Shown here: positions 17,370-27,516 of the stretch, in pieces | Layout of the letters: every line of letters begins with the position of its first letter | Position numbering within the stretch: the first letter of the stretch is position 1 | Assembly (NCBI GenBank): GCA_963737155.1 | Contig: CAVTRN010000002.1 | Coordinates: 1,792,001 to 1,856,000 of the forward strand | Source: Nitrospirota bacterium | Lineage (GTDB): Bacteria > Nitrospirota > UBA9217 | Length of the DNA: 64,000 bases | Direction: 5' to 3' | The notes under the pieces: generated by a model | Seen by the model: only the letters and a program-made list of their open reading frames with translations | Told to the model about the DNA's origin: nothing | Database searches by the model: none | Program-made: the position numbers and the translations under genes

Positions 17370-18863
17370 ATGAAGGAAACTTCGCCTAATCAGGAACTTC
17401 ATCATGAAATATTCGGTTCTATCCTTGATCGAACCGAAATGACACCCTTTCTTCTGCTGCCTGCGAGGGACTACGCCACTTCTCTCAAACAGGCGACGAA
17501 GATGATGGCCAACCGCGGATTTGACACGCTCGGCAGTGATGAATTGCGTGAGGGCGAGCGCGAAAGGGCAGTGCAATACATAAAACGTGCTTATGACTAT
17601 TTTTTCTGCGAGCTTTTTCCTTTTGTAACTAATCAGCTTGAAGGTCTCATCGCGCTGAAGTCTCCGAACGCGGATTGTTACCGTAAATGCCTGATCGCTA
17701 TTCAAAAAACGGCTTCACTGCTGCAGGACCATTCTTTCCGGGACATCGTGGACGAAGATCCACGCCATCTCTTTCTCCTTGCATCGTCGCGCAAATATCC
17801 ACTTGCTTTTTCCGGTTACGGGGGAAGGGACCTTGAATTACCAGAGTTGTGGCAACAAGGGGCTTGTTGTCTTCTCAAGATGGGACATCTGATCAAATCG
17901 ATTGAAGAGGACAGCCAGGACATCAATGATTACGTCCAACTCGGTTTTTTTCTGGAGAAGCAGGGCCGGCGGCTCGATGATCTCTACTCTTACGATTGGA
18001 AACATCCAAAGCAAATTCCCGATAATGAAGCGGCTCAAAGGGCTTTCGTCAAGATTTCCACGTTTTTTAACCGCATGAACGAGTCCCTCACTTTTGATCA
18101 ATTCAGAGACTGTCTGGTCTTCAATAGCGGGGACGGAGTTGAAGTCGATATTGTTGATATCAAGGCGCGGTTGAAGAGTCCGGCGAGCATGGTCACCAAA
18201 CTAGGGAAGGATTTGGAAGGGGAGGCATACGACATCAGGGACATCCTTGCCATCACGTTTATATTACGCAATATGGATGATACGCTGAAACTCTTTCATG
18301 CCCTTCAGAAACGAGGGGTGATTCTGCAGGAAAACACGGCTTCACATTCCATAACGCAGACACTCTTCGAGAACCCGGAAAGCATGCGGGAAGCAGTCCG
18401 CAGGCTGGTGGCGAGTCTCGTCAAAAGCGAGGGAGGCGGCGAGATGTACAGCGATGAACGTCTACTCGCCCATGCAAGAGAGTTTTATGAAGCGTTGGGA
18501 GTGAATGCGGAAAAGAATGTCCACACCTCGCGGGGCCACCGGAAATTCCAGTGCAAAATTGCTTTTTCCCTTCCGATCCACCGCTCCGCGGAAACAAACG
18601 AGATCATGGTCCCGGGCACGCAGTTGTATATGGCAAGAGATCAAGTCCGCAAAAAAACGGAGCAGCACACACTGTGCGTGGAATTGCGGATAACCGATGA
18701 GGAGAGCTGGAAAAATTCTGAACGAAAGGGCGATTCTCATCACGATGCCTATAAATTCCGCCAGTTGGTTTCGGTGATGAACCGGGTGTTCAAGAATTTG
18801 TTCCACATGCCGGAAGATAGCTTACCCCAACTCCGCAAAGATCAGGCAGCCTTGTTCGCATGA
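17370..18863 (+). CDS. Uncharacterised protein with RelA/SpoT-synthetase-like nucleotidyltransferase motifs (resembles the TIGR04552/TIGR04562 family)
   Basis: RLKSPASMVTK, DIRDILAITF, NVHTSRGHRKFQ, VELRITD, SHHDAYK; N-terminal DPRHLFLLAS and ACCLLKMGH match my recollection of TIGR04552. Confidence 0.7.
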   Translation: MKETSPNQELHHEIFGSILDRTEMTPFLLLPARDYATSLKQATKMMANRGFDTLGSDELREGERERAVQYIKRAYDYFFCELFPFVTNQLEGLIALKSPNADCYRKCLIAIQKTASLLQDHSFRDIVDEDPRHLFLLASSRKYPLAFSGYGGRDLELPELWQQGACCLLKMGHLIKSIEEDSQDINDYVQLGFFLEKQGRRLDDLYSYDWKHPKQIPDNEAAQRAFVKISTFFNRMNESLTFDQFRDCLVFNSGDGVEVDIVDIKARLKSPASMVTKLGKDLEGEAYDIRDILAITFILRNMDDTLKLFHALQKRGVILQENTASHSITQTLFENPESMREAVRRLVASLVKSEGGGEMYSDERLLAHAREFYEALGVNAEKNVHTSRGHRKFQCKIAFSLPIHRSAETNEIMVPGTQLYMARDQVRKKTEQHTLCVELRITDEESWKNSERKGDSHHDAYKFRQLVSVMNRVFKNLFHMPEDSLPQLRKDQAALFA

Positions 18864-19128
18864 AAATCGGGATAAGAGCGGTATACAGCGGAAGGCAGAT
18901 GCTACAAGCCCTAAGAGATGAAAGTCGGCTGATAAGACAGAATTTAAAAGCATCAAAACGAAAATACTCGAGACGGCTTGTAGTGGCGCTTTTCCGAAGC
19001 TTCAACATTGCGTGCAGGCGACACTGCAAAACGACTCATCATGTGGTAATCCGGCATACATGAATACCAATCGCTCTGAGACTGCTTGTTCGTAGGTGCC
19101 GTTTCCTTTAATAAGTATCACTTTTCCC

Positions 19129-19157
19129 TTGCATTATTCTTTCATCTGTGTTAAAAG
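19129..19157 (+). promoter_or_regulatory. Putative promoter of the rimP-nusA-infB operon
   Basis: TTGCAT-N17-TAAAAG with a TGn extension. Confidence 0.5.
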
Positions 19158-19184
19158 AACACAACACTCTGGGAAGTTCCCTTT

Positions 19185-19218
19185 AGAGTGGGCATTTGCA
19201 TCTGCCCACTCTTTTTAT
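19185..19218 (+). promoter_or_regulatory. rimP leader terminator/attenuator hairpin
   Basis: AGAGTGGGCA..TGCCCACTCT plus T run immediately before rimP, the usual GTGGG..CCCAC rimP-leader motif. Confidence 0.8.
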
Positions 19219-19230
19219 TTGGGGTTTAAA

Positions 19231-19692
19231 TTGGCTGATTTAACGGAACAAATAAGGCAGCTGCTGGACCCGATTCTGAAGTCTATCGGGCTCACCCTCT
19301 GGGACATGGAGTTTCAGAAGCATGGGCCTCAATGGATGCTAAGGATCTATATTGACCGGGAGGATGCCGGGGTAACGCTAAACGACTGCGAGGTCGTGAG
19401 CAGGGACTTGGGAATGGCGTTGGACGTTGAGGACATTATTCCTCACGCCTACAATCTGGAAGTCTCGTCTCCGGGACTAGATCGGACGTTGAGCAAGCCA
19501 GAACATTTTACCCGGTTTTCAGGTAGCGCAATCAAAATCAAGACATATCAGCAGATCAACGGCCAGAAAGTGTTCCAGGGAAAACTGCTTGGTTTGGAAG
19601 GCGATATGGTAAGGATTGAAATGGAAACGGGGACTGTCATTGAAATCCCAATAAGCGCCATTGCAAAGACCTCTCTTGAGGTAAAGTTTTAA
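19231..19692 (+). CDS. rimP: Ribosome maturation factor RimP, TTG start
   Basis: LRIYID, DCEVVSR, YNLEVSSPGLDR; first gene before nusA. Confidence 0.95.
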   Translation: MADLTEQIRQLLDPILKSIGLTLWDMEFQKHGPQWMLRIYIDREDAGVTLNDCEVVSRDLGMALDVEDIIPHAYNLEVSSPGLDRTLSKPEHFTRFSGSAIKIKTYQQINGQKVFQGKLLGLEGDMVRIEMETGTVIEIPISAIAKTSLEVKF

Positions 19693-19805
19693 GGAAAGCG
19701 CTGCTTTTGATCCGCGACCATTTGGCCGCGTGTTTTGCGCCCCGCTGAACAGGGCGAATGTCTTATTATCATCCAATAAGAATTTGTTCAAGAGGAGAAG
19801 AACTT

Positions 19806-21158
19806 ATGAGTCAGGAATTAGTTCATGTGATCGACCAGATCAGCAAGGAAAAAGGCATATCCAAAGAGATGGTGATCGAAGCCGTTGAATCAGCCTTGGT
19901 AAGCGCAGCCAAGAAGAAATATGGCGCCCAACGCATCGCCGTGCAGATCGACCCGAAACGGGGAGACATCGTCATGTACGCATACAAAAAAGTAGTGCAA
20001 GACGTTGCCAATCCCGACGAAGAAATAACGCTAGAAGAGGCGCAAACGCTTTATCCCGAGGCTCAGATGGAAGGCGAGGTGCCGATCCAGGTCGAGTTCG
20101 AGGGGTTCGGCCGGATCGCGGCTCAGACAGCACGGCAGGTCATAGTCCAGAAAGTGCGCGAAGCCGAGCGTGACGTTATCTTCAAGGAGTTCAACGACAA
20201 GATTGGACAACTCGTCAACGGTATTGTGCTACGTCATGAGAAGGGGGCATACTACATCGATCTGGGCAAGACTGAAGCGGTGCTGCCCGCACGCGAACAG
20301 GTTCCCCGCGAGAGCTACAGGCGCGGCGACCGTATCAGGGCGTATGTTATGGAGGTCCGGGATACTTCAAAGGGACCCCAGGTCGTGCTCTCCCGCGCTC
20401 ATCCCGAATTCGTCTCCCGCCTCTTCGAGATGGAAGTACCCGAAATTTACGAGAACATCGTGGAAGTCAAAGGCGTCGTACGCGAAGCAGGCGACCGTAC
20501 TAAGATTGCCGTGTCTTCCAAGGAGTCTCAGGTCGACCCTGTGGGGGCATGCGTGGGCATGAAGGGGTCTCGCGTTCAGGCCGTTGTCCGTGAACTGAAG
20601 GGCGAGAAGATCGATATCATCCCGTGGTCCGAAGACCCGCGCACTTTTATCGCGAAAGCGCTCAGCCCGGCAGTGGTCGAGAAGGTCGGCGTTACCGAGG
20701 AAGACCGATCCGCCTTGGCCGTGGTTGCCGATACACAGCTTTCGCTCGCCATAGGCAAAAAGGGCCAGAATGTCAGGCTGGCCGCCAAACTGACGGGCTG
20801 GAAGATAGATATCTTGAGTGAATCGGAATACGATCAAGAACGCCAGAAAGAACGCGAGCAGGAGATTGAGGCAGCGATCGTGGAAGAGACGCGCAAAATG
20901 GCTGAAGAAACAGAGGCCGCGGAAACCATGGAATCCGAAGCCGCGGCAGACGCGGCAGGGATTGCAGCAGACATCGCCGGTCTTACCGCAATTGAGGGAG
21001 TCGATGATAAGATAGCGGAGAAGCTGAGAGAGGCGGGCTATGACACGGTAGATAAAATCGCTGCTATGTCTGATGAGGATATTCTCGCGGTTCCCGGCAT
21101 TGGCGCGAATTCCGCTCAGGAAATTCTCCAGTCGGCGAGGGCACTTATCAAGAAGTAG
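19806..21158 (+). CDS. nusA: Transcription termination/antitermination factor NusA
   Basis: FGRIAAQTARQ, S1 and KH domains (DPVGACVG, AIGKKGQNVRLAAKLTGWKIDI), C-terminal HhH repeats. Confidence 0.97.
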   Translation: MSQELVHVIDQISKEKGISKEMVIEAVESALVSAAKKKYGAQRIAVQIDPKRGDIVMYAYKKVVQDVANPDEEITLEEAQTLYPEAQMEGEVPIQVEFEGFGRIAAQTARQVIVQKVREAERDVIFKEFNDKIGQLVNGIVLRHEKGAYYIDLGKTEAVLPAREQVPRESYRRGDRIRAYVMEVRDTSKGPQVVLSRAHPEFVSRLFEMEVPEIYENIVEVKGVVREAGDRTKIAVSSKESQVDPVGACVGMKGSRVQAVVRELKGEKIDIIPWSEDPRTFIAKALSPAVVEKVGVTEEDRSALAVVADTQLSLAIGKKGQNVRLAAKLTGWKIDILSESEYDQERQKEREQEIEAAIVEETRKMAEETEAAETMESEAAADAAGIAADIAGLTAIEGVDDKIAEKLREAGYDTVDKIAAMSDEDILAVPGIGANSAQEILQSARALIKK

Positions 21159-21184
21159 GGCTTGAATTTGTTTGTCGGGGGATC

Positions 21185-21766
21185 ATGAAGCACCAACCGG
21201 AAAGAACCTGTATTGGCTGTCGAACCACGATGAATAAGGACGAGGTCATCAGGCTCGTGGCTGGGCCAGACGGAATCCTGGTAGACTACCGGGAGAAGCT
21301 GCCCGGTCGCGCGGCATACATCTGTCCCCGGAAGGATTGTATAGAAAAGGCGCTCATGAAGGATACGCTCGCAAAGGCGCTTAGACTTAAGTTCCAGCCC
21401 CCGAAAGTGGCTTACTTCATGTCGCAGTTGGAAACGATTGTCAGTGAGAAGATCAAATCGCTCCTGGCCATTTCGATGAAGGCGAGCAGGATTGCAGTAG
21501 GATATTCGGCAGTTCATGATGCCTTGGGAAAAGGTCGTGTTTTTCTCCTGCTGTATGCTACTGACGTCTCTGAAGGAACGAAGGATAAAGTTGAAGTTGA
21601 CGGCTTGGTATCAACCCGGCAGGCAACGCTTTTTACTCGGAACGAGTACGGCCAAATTTTGAATCGAGAACTGGTCGGTGTCGTTGCCATCCTCGACGAA
21701 GGGCTCGCTGATTCGTTGTGGAATGAGATTGTGAGATTAAAGAACTTGATAAATAGAGGTAAGTAG
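21185..21766 (+). CDS. ylxR: YlxR (DUF448) fused to an L7Ae/YlxQ-like RNA-binding domain
   Basis: PERTCIGCR, GRAAYICP..DC, LAKALR, then an L7Ae-like half (VGYSAV, LYATDVS, VGVVAILDEGLA); lies between nusA and infB. Confidence 0.85.
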   Translation: MKHQPERTCIGCRTTMNKDEVIRLVAGPDGILVDYREKLPGRAAYICPRKDCIEKALMKDTLAKALRLKFQPPKVAYFMSQLETIVSEKIKSLLAISMKASRIAVGYSAVHDALGKGRVFLLLYATDVSEGTKDKVEVDGLVSTRQATLFTRNEYGQILNRELVGVVAILDEGLADSLWNEIVRLKNLINRGK

Positions 21767-21813
21767 GGTAAAATATTCTATTACATTAGAACTACTCGGG
21801 GGTAAGTGATTTT

Positions 21814-24423
21814 ATGACCGTAATCAGGGTACATGAGCTGGCAAAAAAAATGGGGGTTGAAAGCAAGGATCTCATTTCGGTGCTTGAGAAGATGGGTATT
21901 ATGGAAAAGACCCCGTCCAGCGGACTCGATGACAAGGAAACAAAATCCCTGATTGAGAAGCTGAAGGCAATACGGAAGGAAAAGGAAAAGGAAAAAGAAA
22001 AATCAAAAAAAGAAAAAGAGTCCGTTGACCCGCAGCTTTCCAAAGAAGAGCGGCTGAGGAAGGCCGCGGCTCTAATCGGTAAATTTTCTTCCACGCTTGA
22101 AAAACCCGGCGCGAAACCGAAACCCGCGCCTATTCCTCCCATGCCGAAACCGGTCATGCCGGCGCCTCCAGTCATTCCTCCGGCTGCTCAGGTCAAGGAG
22201 GCTCAGCCGGTGACGACTGAGGAAATGAATCATGCTCCCGCACCTCAGCCCGCGCAAACGACTCAAACAGTGCACCGTCCACAGGCTGTGACGCGTCCGC
22301 AGACAATGCCGACTCGTCCTTCGCCGGTGCATCCTGGCGCCGGCCGTCCCCAACCAGGGCAGCGTCCTTTCGGCGGGCAGCCGCGTCCCGCGCGTCCCTT
22401 TGAAAAAACAACTTTTGGTTCGCCCGTTTTGGAGCCCTCGCAAATCCCTGTTTCGCTCGTTCCGCCCGCTGCAGGAAAACAGCCACCGAAGAAAAAGTGG
22501 CAGAAGAAACAGTCCGACTATGGGCAGAAACAAGAACGGGAATTCCGGGAAAAACCTTCTTTTAAAAAGCTTCCTGATCTGAAGACACTCCCGTCCGGCA
22601 AAAGACCGCTCAAGAAAGACGAACGGCACGGGCAGCAGACTGATCTGGCTGAAATCACGAAGCCGAGAAAAAAAGTAGTCAAGATCCAAGAAGGGTGCAC
22701 GATCAAGGAATTCGCTGAAGTCATGGGCCAGAAAGTGGGCGACGTTATCAAGAAGCTCATGGCTGTGGGAGTCATGGCGACCCAGAACCAGCCCATGGAC
22801 ATGGATGCGGCTTTGCTCATGGCTGAAGAATACGGAGTTAAAGCAGAAATCGCGAGCATCGAATCGGCAGAGGACATTCTCGAGGAGAAGGCCGATGCAG
22901 TCGATACAATGGTGGCGAGACCTCCCGTGGTTACGATCATGGGTCATGTGGACCACGGAAAAACGTCCCTCCTCGATTCGATTCGTGAAACAAATGTGGT
23001 TTCTAGGGAAGCGGGCGGCATCACGCAGCATATCGGTGCCTACCAAGTCAGCCTTAAAGGGAGAGACATCACGTTTCTGGATACCCCTGGGCATGCGGCG
23101 TTTACAGCCATGCGCGCGCGCGGTGCCCAGGTCACGGACATCGTGATTCTTGTTGTGGCCGCCGACGACGGCGTCATGCCGCAGACCCGAGAGGCGATCA
23201 GTCACGCAAAAGCGGCGAGCGTTCCGATCATTGTTGCTATCAACAAGATAGACAAACCCGAGGCAAAACCCGATCGGGTCAAACAGGAACTTTCCGAATT
23301 CGATCTCATTCCGGAAGAATGGGGCGGGCAAACAATTTTCTGCGAGGTATCGGCAAAGAAAAAACTGGGGTTGGAACACCTGCTTGAGATGATACTCATT
23401 CAGGCCGACGTACTCGAGCTCAAGGCGAATCCGAACAAGATGGCGCGAGGGACGATCATCGAAGCGAAGCTGGATAGGGGCCGGGGGCCGGTTGCAACAG
23501 TACTCGTGCAGTCCGGGTCACTGAAGGGCGGAGATATCTTCGTAACCGGTATGCAGTTCGGCAGGGTTCGGGCGCTTATCAACGACAAGGGAGAGCGAAC
23601 CGAGCAGGCAGGCCCGTCGGTTCCAGTGGAGGTCATCGGATTCTCCGGCGTCCCGCTCGCGGGGGACCGTTTTTTGGTCCTTGAAGAAGAACGGAAGGCC
23701 CGGTTGATCGCGGAGACCAGACAGGCAAAACAGCGGACGACCGAAATGGCCAACATGAAAAAAGTCACGCTTGAAGACCTCCATACCCAAATTCAGGAAG
23801 GAATGGTCAAGGAGCTGAACATCGTTATCAAGGCCGACGTGTCGGGATCCGCAGGCGCGATCGTTGATTCACTGGAAAAACTTTCCACCCCGGCTGTCAA
23901 GCTCAAGGTCATCCACAGTTCCGTCGGTGCTATCACCGAAACCGATGTAATGCTCGCCGCGGCATCAAATGCCATTATTATCGGCTTCAGTGTCCGTCCA
24001 GAGCCTAAAGCGACCGATCTCGCCCAGAGGGAAGGTGTTGATATCCGTCTTTACAACATCATCTACAACGCCATTGACGATATCAAGGCGGCGATGGAGG
24101 GCCTGCTCGAACCAACGCTTAAAGAACGCATTTTAGGCCACGCAGAAGTCCGCCAGACCTTCCATGTTTCGAAGATCGGCACGATTGCGGGGTCCTATGT
24201 CATTGACGGCATCATGTCGAGGCAGAACGACGGCGTTAGAGTGCTTCGCGACAATGTGCTGGTTTATGAAGGCAAGCTCCATTCGCTGAAACGGTTCAAG
24301 GATGATGTGCGCGAAGTCCAGTCGGGATACGAATGCGGCATCGGTGTCGAAAACTTCAACGACATCAAGGTGGGCGACATAATTGAAGCGTTTGTAATCG
24401 AAAAGATGGCTACAAAACTGTAA
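21814..24423 (+). CDS. infB: Translation initiation factor IF-2
   Basis: RVHELAK N-terminus, Pro-rich linker, [21 protein letters not shown]. Confidence 0.98.
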   Translation: MTVIRVHELAKKMGVESKDLISVLEKMGIMEKTPSSGLDDKETKSLIEKLKAIRKEKEKEKEKSKKEKESVDPQLSKEERLRKAAALIGKFSSTLEKPGAKPKPAPIPPMPKPVMPAPPVIPPAAQVKEAQPVTTEEMNHAPAPQPAQTTQTVHRPQAVTRPQTMPTRPSPVHPGAGRPQPGQRPFGGQPRPARPFEKTTFGSPVLEPSQIPVSLVPPAAGKQPPKKKWQKKQSDYGQKQEREFREKPSFKKLPDLKTLPSGKRPLKKDERHGQQTDLAEITKPRKKVVKIQEGCTIKEFAEVMGQKVGDVIKKLMAVGVMATQNQPMDMDAALLMAEEYGVKAEIASIESAEDILEEKADAVDTMVARPPVVTIMGHVDHGKTSLLDSIRETNVVSREAGGITQHIGAYQVSLKGRDITFLDTPGHAAFTAMRARGAQVTDIVILVVAADDGVMPQTREAISHAKAASVPIIVAINKIDKPEAKPDRVKQELSEFDLIPEEWGGQTIFCEVSAKKKLGLEHLLEMILIQADVLELKANPNKMARGTIIEAKLDRGRGPVATVLVQSGSLKGGDIFVTGMQFGRVRALINDKGERTEQAGPSVPVEVIGFSGVPLAGDRFLVLEEERKARLIAETRQAKQRTTEMANMKKVTLEDLHTQIQEGMVKELNIVIKADVSGSAGAIVDSLEKLSTPAVKLKVIHSSVGAITETDVMLAAASNAIIIGFSVRPEPKATDLAQREGVDIRLYNIIYNAIDDIKAAMEGLLEPTLKERILGHAEVRQTFHVSKIGTIAGSYVIDGIMSRQNDGVRVLRDNVLVYEGKLHSLKRFKDDVREVQSGYECGIGVENFNDIKVGDIIEAFVIEKMATKL

Positions 24424-24524
24424 CTATCGGAGACATCATCGGCGGCCAGTAACGGCTATCCCGAAACATGGCTTCACCGGGAAAATTTAAAAACTGCAGT
24501 ACGAGCAGATTGTTATCGAAGGTT

Positions 24525-24806
24525 ATGTTCATTGGCGTTTGCACATTCGAAGTACATGTTCCTGAAAGCGATTCGCTCAAGACCAAGAGACATTCGATTC
24601 GCAGCCTGAAGGACCGGATCCGGAACAAGTTCAATGTATCAGTGGCTGAAGTTGAAGACAACGACCTCTGGCAGAAAGCATGCCTGGCAGTAGCCGCAGT
24701 GAGCAACGATAAAGCCCACCTTAACAAGACACTGGATCATGTCCTGGAAATGGTCCGTGGCGTTCCTGAGCTGAGTCTTCTGGATTATCAGATAGAGATT
24801 TTTTGA
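24525..24806 (+). CDS. ylxP: DUF503 family protein (YlxP)
   Basis: [30 protein letters not shown]; between infB and rbfA. Confidence 0.88.
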   Translation: MFIGVCTFEVHVPESDSLKTKRHSIRSLKDRIRNKFNVSVAEVEDNDLWQKACLAVAAVSNDKAHLNKTLDHVLEMVRGVPELSLLDYQIEIF

Positions 24807-24895
24807 AACGGAGTACAGCTGACGGAACACAGGTGCAGGCAGTGTTGCTTATGCTTGTCTTCCGATCAGTTTGCTCTTTTTATCAAAGGATGATT

Positions 24896-25273
24896 ATGTC
24901 CAAACCGACCTATAAAAGAGCGGAACGTATCAGTGACCAGATGAAAGAGGAAGTCGCTGACATCCTCATGCGCAAGATTAAAGATCCCCGGATCGGCTTC
25001 GTCACGGTCACGGATGTCGAAGTCGCCGATGATCTGCGGAACGCAAAGGTATTTGTGAGCATCTACGGCGGAGACAAGGATAAAACGCTCAAGGGTCTGG
25101 AGAGCGCATCGGCATTCATCCGGTCGGAATTGGGGAGGCGCATGAGATTGAGATACACGCCTGAGATCCTGTTCCGTTTCGATAAAACTGTGGAGGAGGG
25201 TGCCCATATCATGGAACTCCTGCGCACCCTGGAAGAGGACAAAGAAAAGAAGAATGATCACGGAGATGAGTGA
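24896..25273 (+). CDS. rbfA: Ribosome-binding factor A
   Basis: [32 protein letters not shown]. Confidence 0.96.
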   Translation: MSKPTYKRAERISDQMKEEVADILMRKIKDPRIGFVTVTDVEVADDLRNAKVFVSIYGGDKDKTLKGLESASAFIRSELGRRMRLRYTPEILFRFDKTVEEGAHIMELLRTLEEDKEKKNDHGDE

Positions 25274-26267
25274 CCCCGGAAGAATTATAGCAGCACTGCA
25301 GAAGTGTACGACAGTACTGCTTTCCGTACACATCAGCCCTGACGGTGATGCCCTTGGATCACAGCTTGCCCTTATGCTCGCACTGGAAAAAATAGGCAAA
25401 ACCGTGACGGCACACAATCTTGACCCCGTCCCGGAGATTTATAGATTCCTGCCCCATGCTGACCGCATTAGGACAGGCCATCCCGTAACAGGCAGGTATG
25501 ATGCTGCTATCGTGCTCGATGCCGATCCGCCCCGCACCGGACTTTTTGACGCGACACCGCCGGCGAATGTCCTTATAAATATCGACCATCATATTACAAA
25601 TTCCTCTTCTTGGTCGAACACGTGGCTTGATCCCGAAGCTGCGGCCACAGGCGAGATGATCTATAATCTGATACAGCAGTTTGGCATTCCCGTCGATCGT
25701 GATATTGCGCTTTGCCTGTACACCGCGATTTTTACCGATACAGGATCATTTCGCTACTCTAATACATCGCCGAAGAGCATGAAAATTTCAGCGAATCTTC
25801 TCGAAGCTGGCGCTGATCCCTGGCTTGTAACGGAAAACGTTTACGAATCCTTCGCCTTCAGACGTCTGAAATTGCTCGGAAGCGTTCTGACCGGTTTGGA
25901 ACGGAGTGAAGACGGGTGCGTAGCTTGGGTCGTCGTAACCGATGAAATGTACCGCCGGACCGGAACATCGGCAGAGGATACTGACAATTTTATCAATTTT
26001 GTCAGGTCCGTAAAAGGCGTTGAAGTTGCAGTCCTGTTTCGTCAGACCAGTGCTGACGAATACAAGATCAGCCTGCGATCGAAAGGGCGCATTGATCTTT
26101 CGGAACTGGCGCGGTCTTTCGGCGGAGGCGGCCATAAGAACGCCGCGGGCGGCAAAGTGCGAGGACCACTCCAAGAGGCAACGAGAAAAGTCATCGGCGC
26201 GGTGGAGAAAGCCGTGTCGGCACAGCTTGGCTCCGGGGGTATGGTCCTCGATGGACGGCATACTTAA
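25266..26267 (+). CDS. nrnA: DHH/DHHA1 bifunctional oligoribonuclease/PAP phosphatase
   Basis: [35 protein letters not shown]. Confidence 0.92.
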   Translation: MSDPGRIIAALQKCTTVLLSVHISPDGDALGSQLALMLALEKIGKTVTAHNLDPVPEIYRFLPHADRIRTGHPVTGRYDAAIVLDADPPRTGLFDATPPANVLINIDHHITNSSSWSNTWLDPEAAATGEMIYNLIQQFGIPVDRDIALCLYTAIFTDTGSFRYSNTSPKSMKISANLLEAGADPWLVTENVYESFAFRRLKLLGSVLTGLERSEDGCVAWVVVTDEMYRRTGTSAEDTDNFINFVRSVKGVEVAVLFRQTSADEYKISLRSKGRIDLSELARSFGGGGHKNAAGGKVRGPLQEATRKVIGAVEKAVSAQLGSGGMVLDGRHT

Positions 26268-27147
26268 TATTAACAAGCCGGCGGGCATGACGTCTCACGA
26301 CGTGGTGCAGCTTGCGCGCCGTCTGCTTAGAGAAAAAAGGATCGGTCACACCGGGACCCTTGATCCGCTTGCAACGGGCGTATTGGTTCTCTGTATCGGC
26401 CAAGCCACCCGGATAGCGCAATATCTCGAGGCCGGTGAAAAGGAATACCGCGCAATAATGCGGCTCGGCGTCACAACTGACACGCTTGATGCGGAAGGAC
26501 GGGTCCTTGAGACCAGCACATATATAGTTCCGGACCGCGAAACTTTGCTCCGGGTGATGCAGGAATTCACCGGCACAATCATGCAGAGCCCGCCGGCATT
26601 TTCAGCGGTGAAAATCGCAGGTGTGCCATCGCACAGACTGGCGAGGCAGGGCAAGGCAAAACCGAACAAACCGAGACAGGCGACGATTCACAGCATCGAA
26701 CTTACTGCATTCGATGATCCACTCGTAAGCCTGACGGTCCGATGCGCGAAGGGTGTATACATCCGGTCCCTCTGTGCCGATATAGGTGTTGTCCTTAATG
26801 CAGGCGCACACCTGACATGCCTGCAACGGACGAGGTCAGGAAGCTTCAGTATCGATACAGCCATAACCATAGAAACGCTCGCAAGAATGGCCGAAGCAGG
26901 AACGGTGGCTGCCGTAATGACATCCATCGATGACGCGCTGGCTGAATTCCCCGCTGTCGAGCTGGGTAATGCCGAAGCAGGAAGAGTGATCCACGGCAAC
27001 AAGGTGGATTGCCCCGCGGCTGATAGGGGCCTAAACACCAGACGCGGTTTGGTAAGAGTCCATGACAGCCATGGCCGGATGCTCGCCCTTGCGCGGCACG
27101 ACGGCATCACGATTTTCCCGGAATTGGTTTTTTCTTGCGATATTTGA
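26251..27147 (+). CDS. truB: tRNA pseudouridine(55) synthase
   Basis: NKPAGMTSHDVV, GHTGTLDPLATGVL, PPAFSAVK, KGVYIRSL. Confidence 0.96.
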   Translation: MDGILNINKPAGMTSHDVVQLARRLLREKRIGHTGTLDPLATGVLVLCIGQATRIAQYLEAGEKEYRAIMRLGVTTDTLDAEGRVLETSTYIVPDRETLLRVMQEFTGTIMQSPPAFSAVKIAGVPSHRLARQGKAKPNKPRQATIHSIELTAFDDPLVSLTVRCAKGVYIRSLCADIGVVLNAGAHLTCLQRTRSGSFSIDTAITIETLARMAEAGTVAAVMTSIDDALAEFPAVELGNAEAGRVIHGNKVDCPAADRGLNTRRGLVRVHDSHGRMLALARHDGITIFPELVFSCDI

Positions 27148-27156
27148 ATAAAATAC

Positions 27157-27185
27157 TTTACAACATGCTGTAAATATGATAATTT
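27157..27185 (+). promoter_or_regulatory. Putative rpsO-pnp promoter
   Basis: TTTACA-N17-TAATTT with a TGn extension; the -35 is the left arm of the inverted repeat TTTACA-N6-TGTAAA. Confidence 0.55.
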
Positions 27186-27223
27186 AGGCCGCTTCAGAAT
27201 TTTTGCGAAAGGAGGGTACGGTT

Positions 27224-27487
27224 ATGGATAAAGAACAGAAAACAAGTCTGATTAGCACCTATCGCAGGCATGCATCGGATACGGGTTCTCCGGAAGTGCA
27301 GATCGCTCTTTTAAGCGGACGCATCAGCCACTTGACGGAGCACCTGCAGGCGCACAAGCAAGACCACCATTCACGGAGAGGCCTCCTGAAAATGGTTGGC
27401 CAGCGTCGGCGTCATCTGGACTACTTGAAGAAAAATGATCTGGACCGTTACCGTCAGGTCATAGACCAACTCGGTATACGCAAATAA
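27224..27487 (+). CDS. rpsO: 30S ribosomal protein S15
   Basis: [27 protein letters not shown]; SD AAGGAGG. Confidence 0.98.
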   Translation: MDKEQKTSLISTYRRHASDTGSPEVQIALLSGRISHLTEHLQAHKQDHHSRRGLLKMVGQRRRHLDYLKKNDLDRYRQVIDQLGIRK

Positions 27488-27516
27488 CTTTACAAGCGAA
27501 TGAAAAGTGAGGTTTC

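Noticed and set aside
21970-22020. GAAAAG-like purine repeats as a tandem repeat or phase-variable tract
   Set aside because: Simply encodes the KEKEKE low-complexity segment of IF-2
22072-23379. 435-aa antisense ORF
   Set aside because: Shadow of infB with no recognisable motifs; the same applies to the long antisense ORFs over lolD, hemA, cobA, rhlE, bamA, gnnB and msbA
27218-27226. ACG as an alternative rpsO start
   Set aside because: Too close to the SD; ATG 27224 has normal spacing
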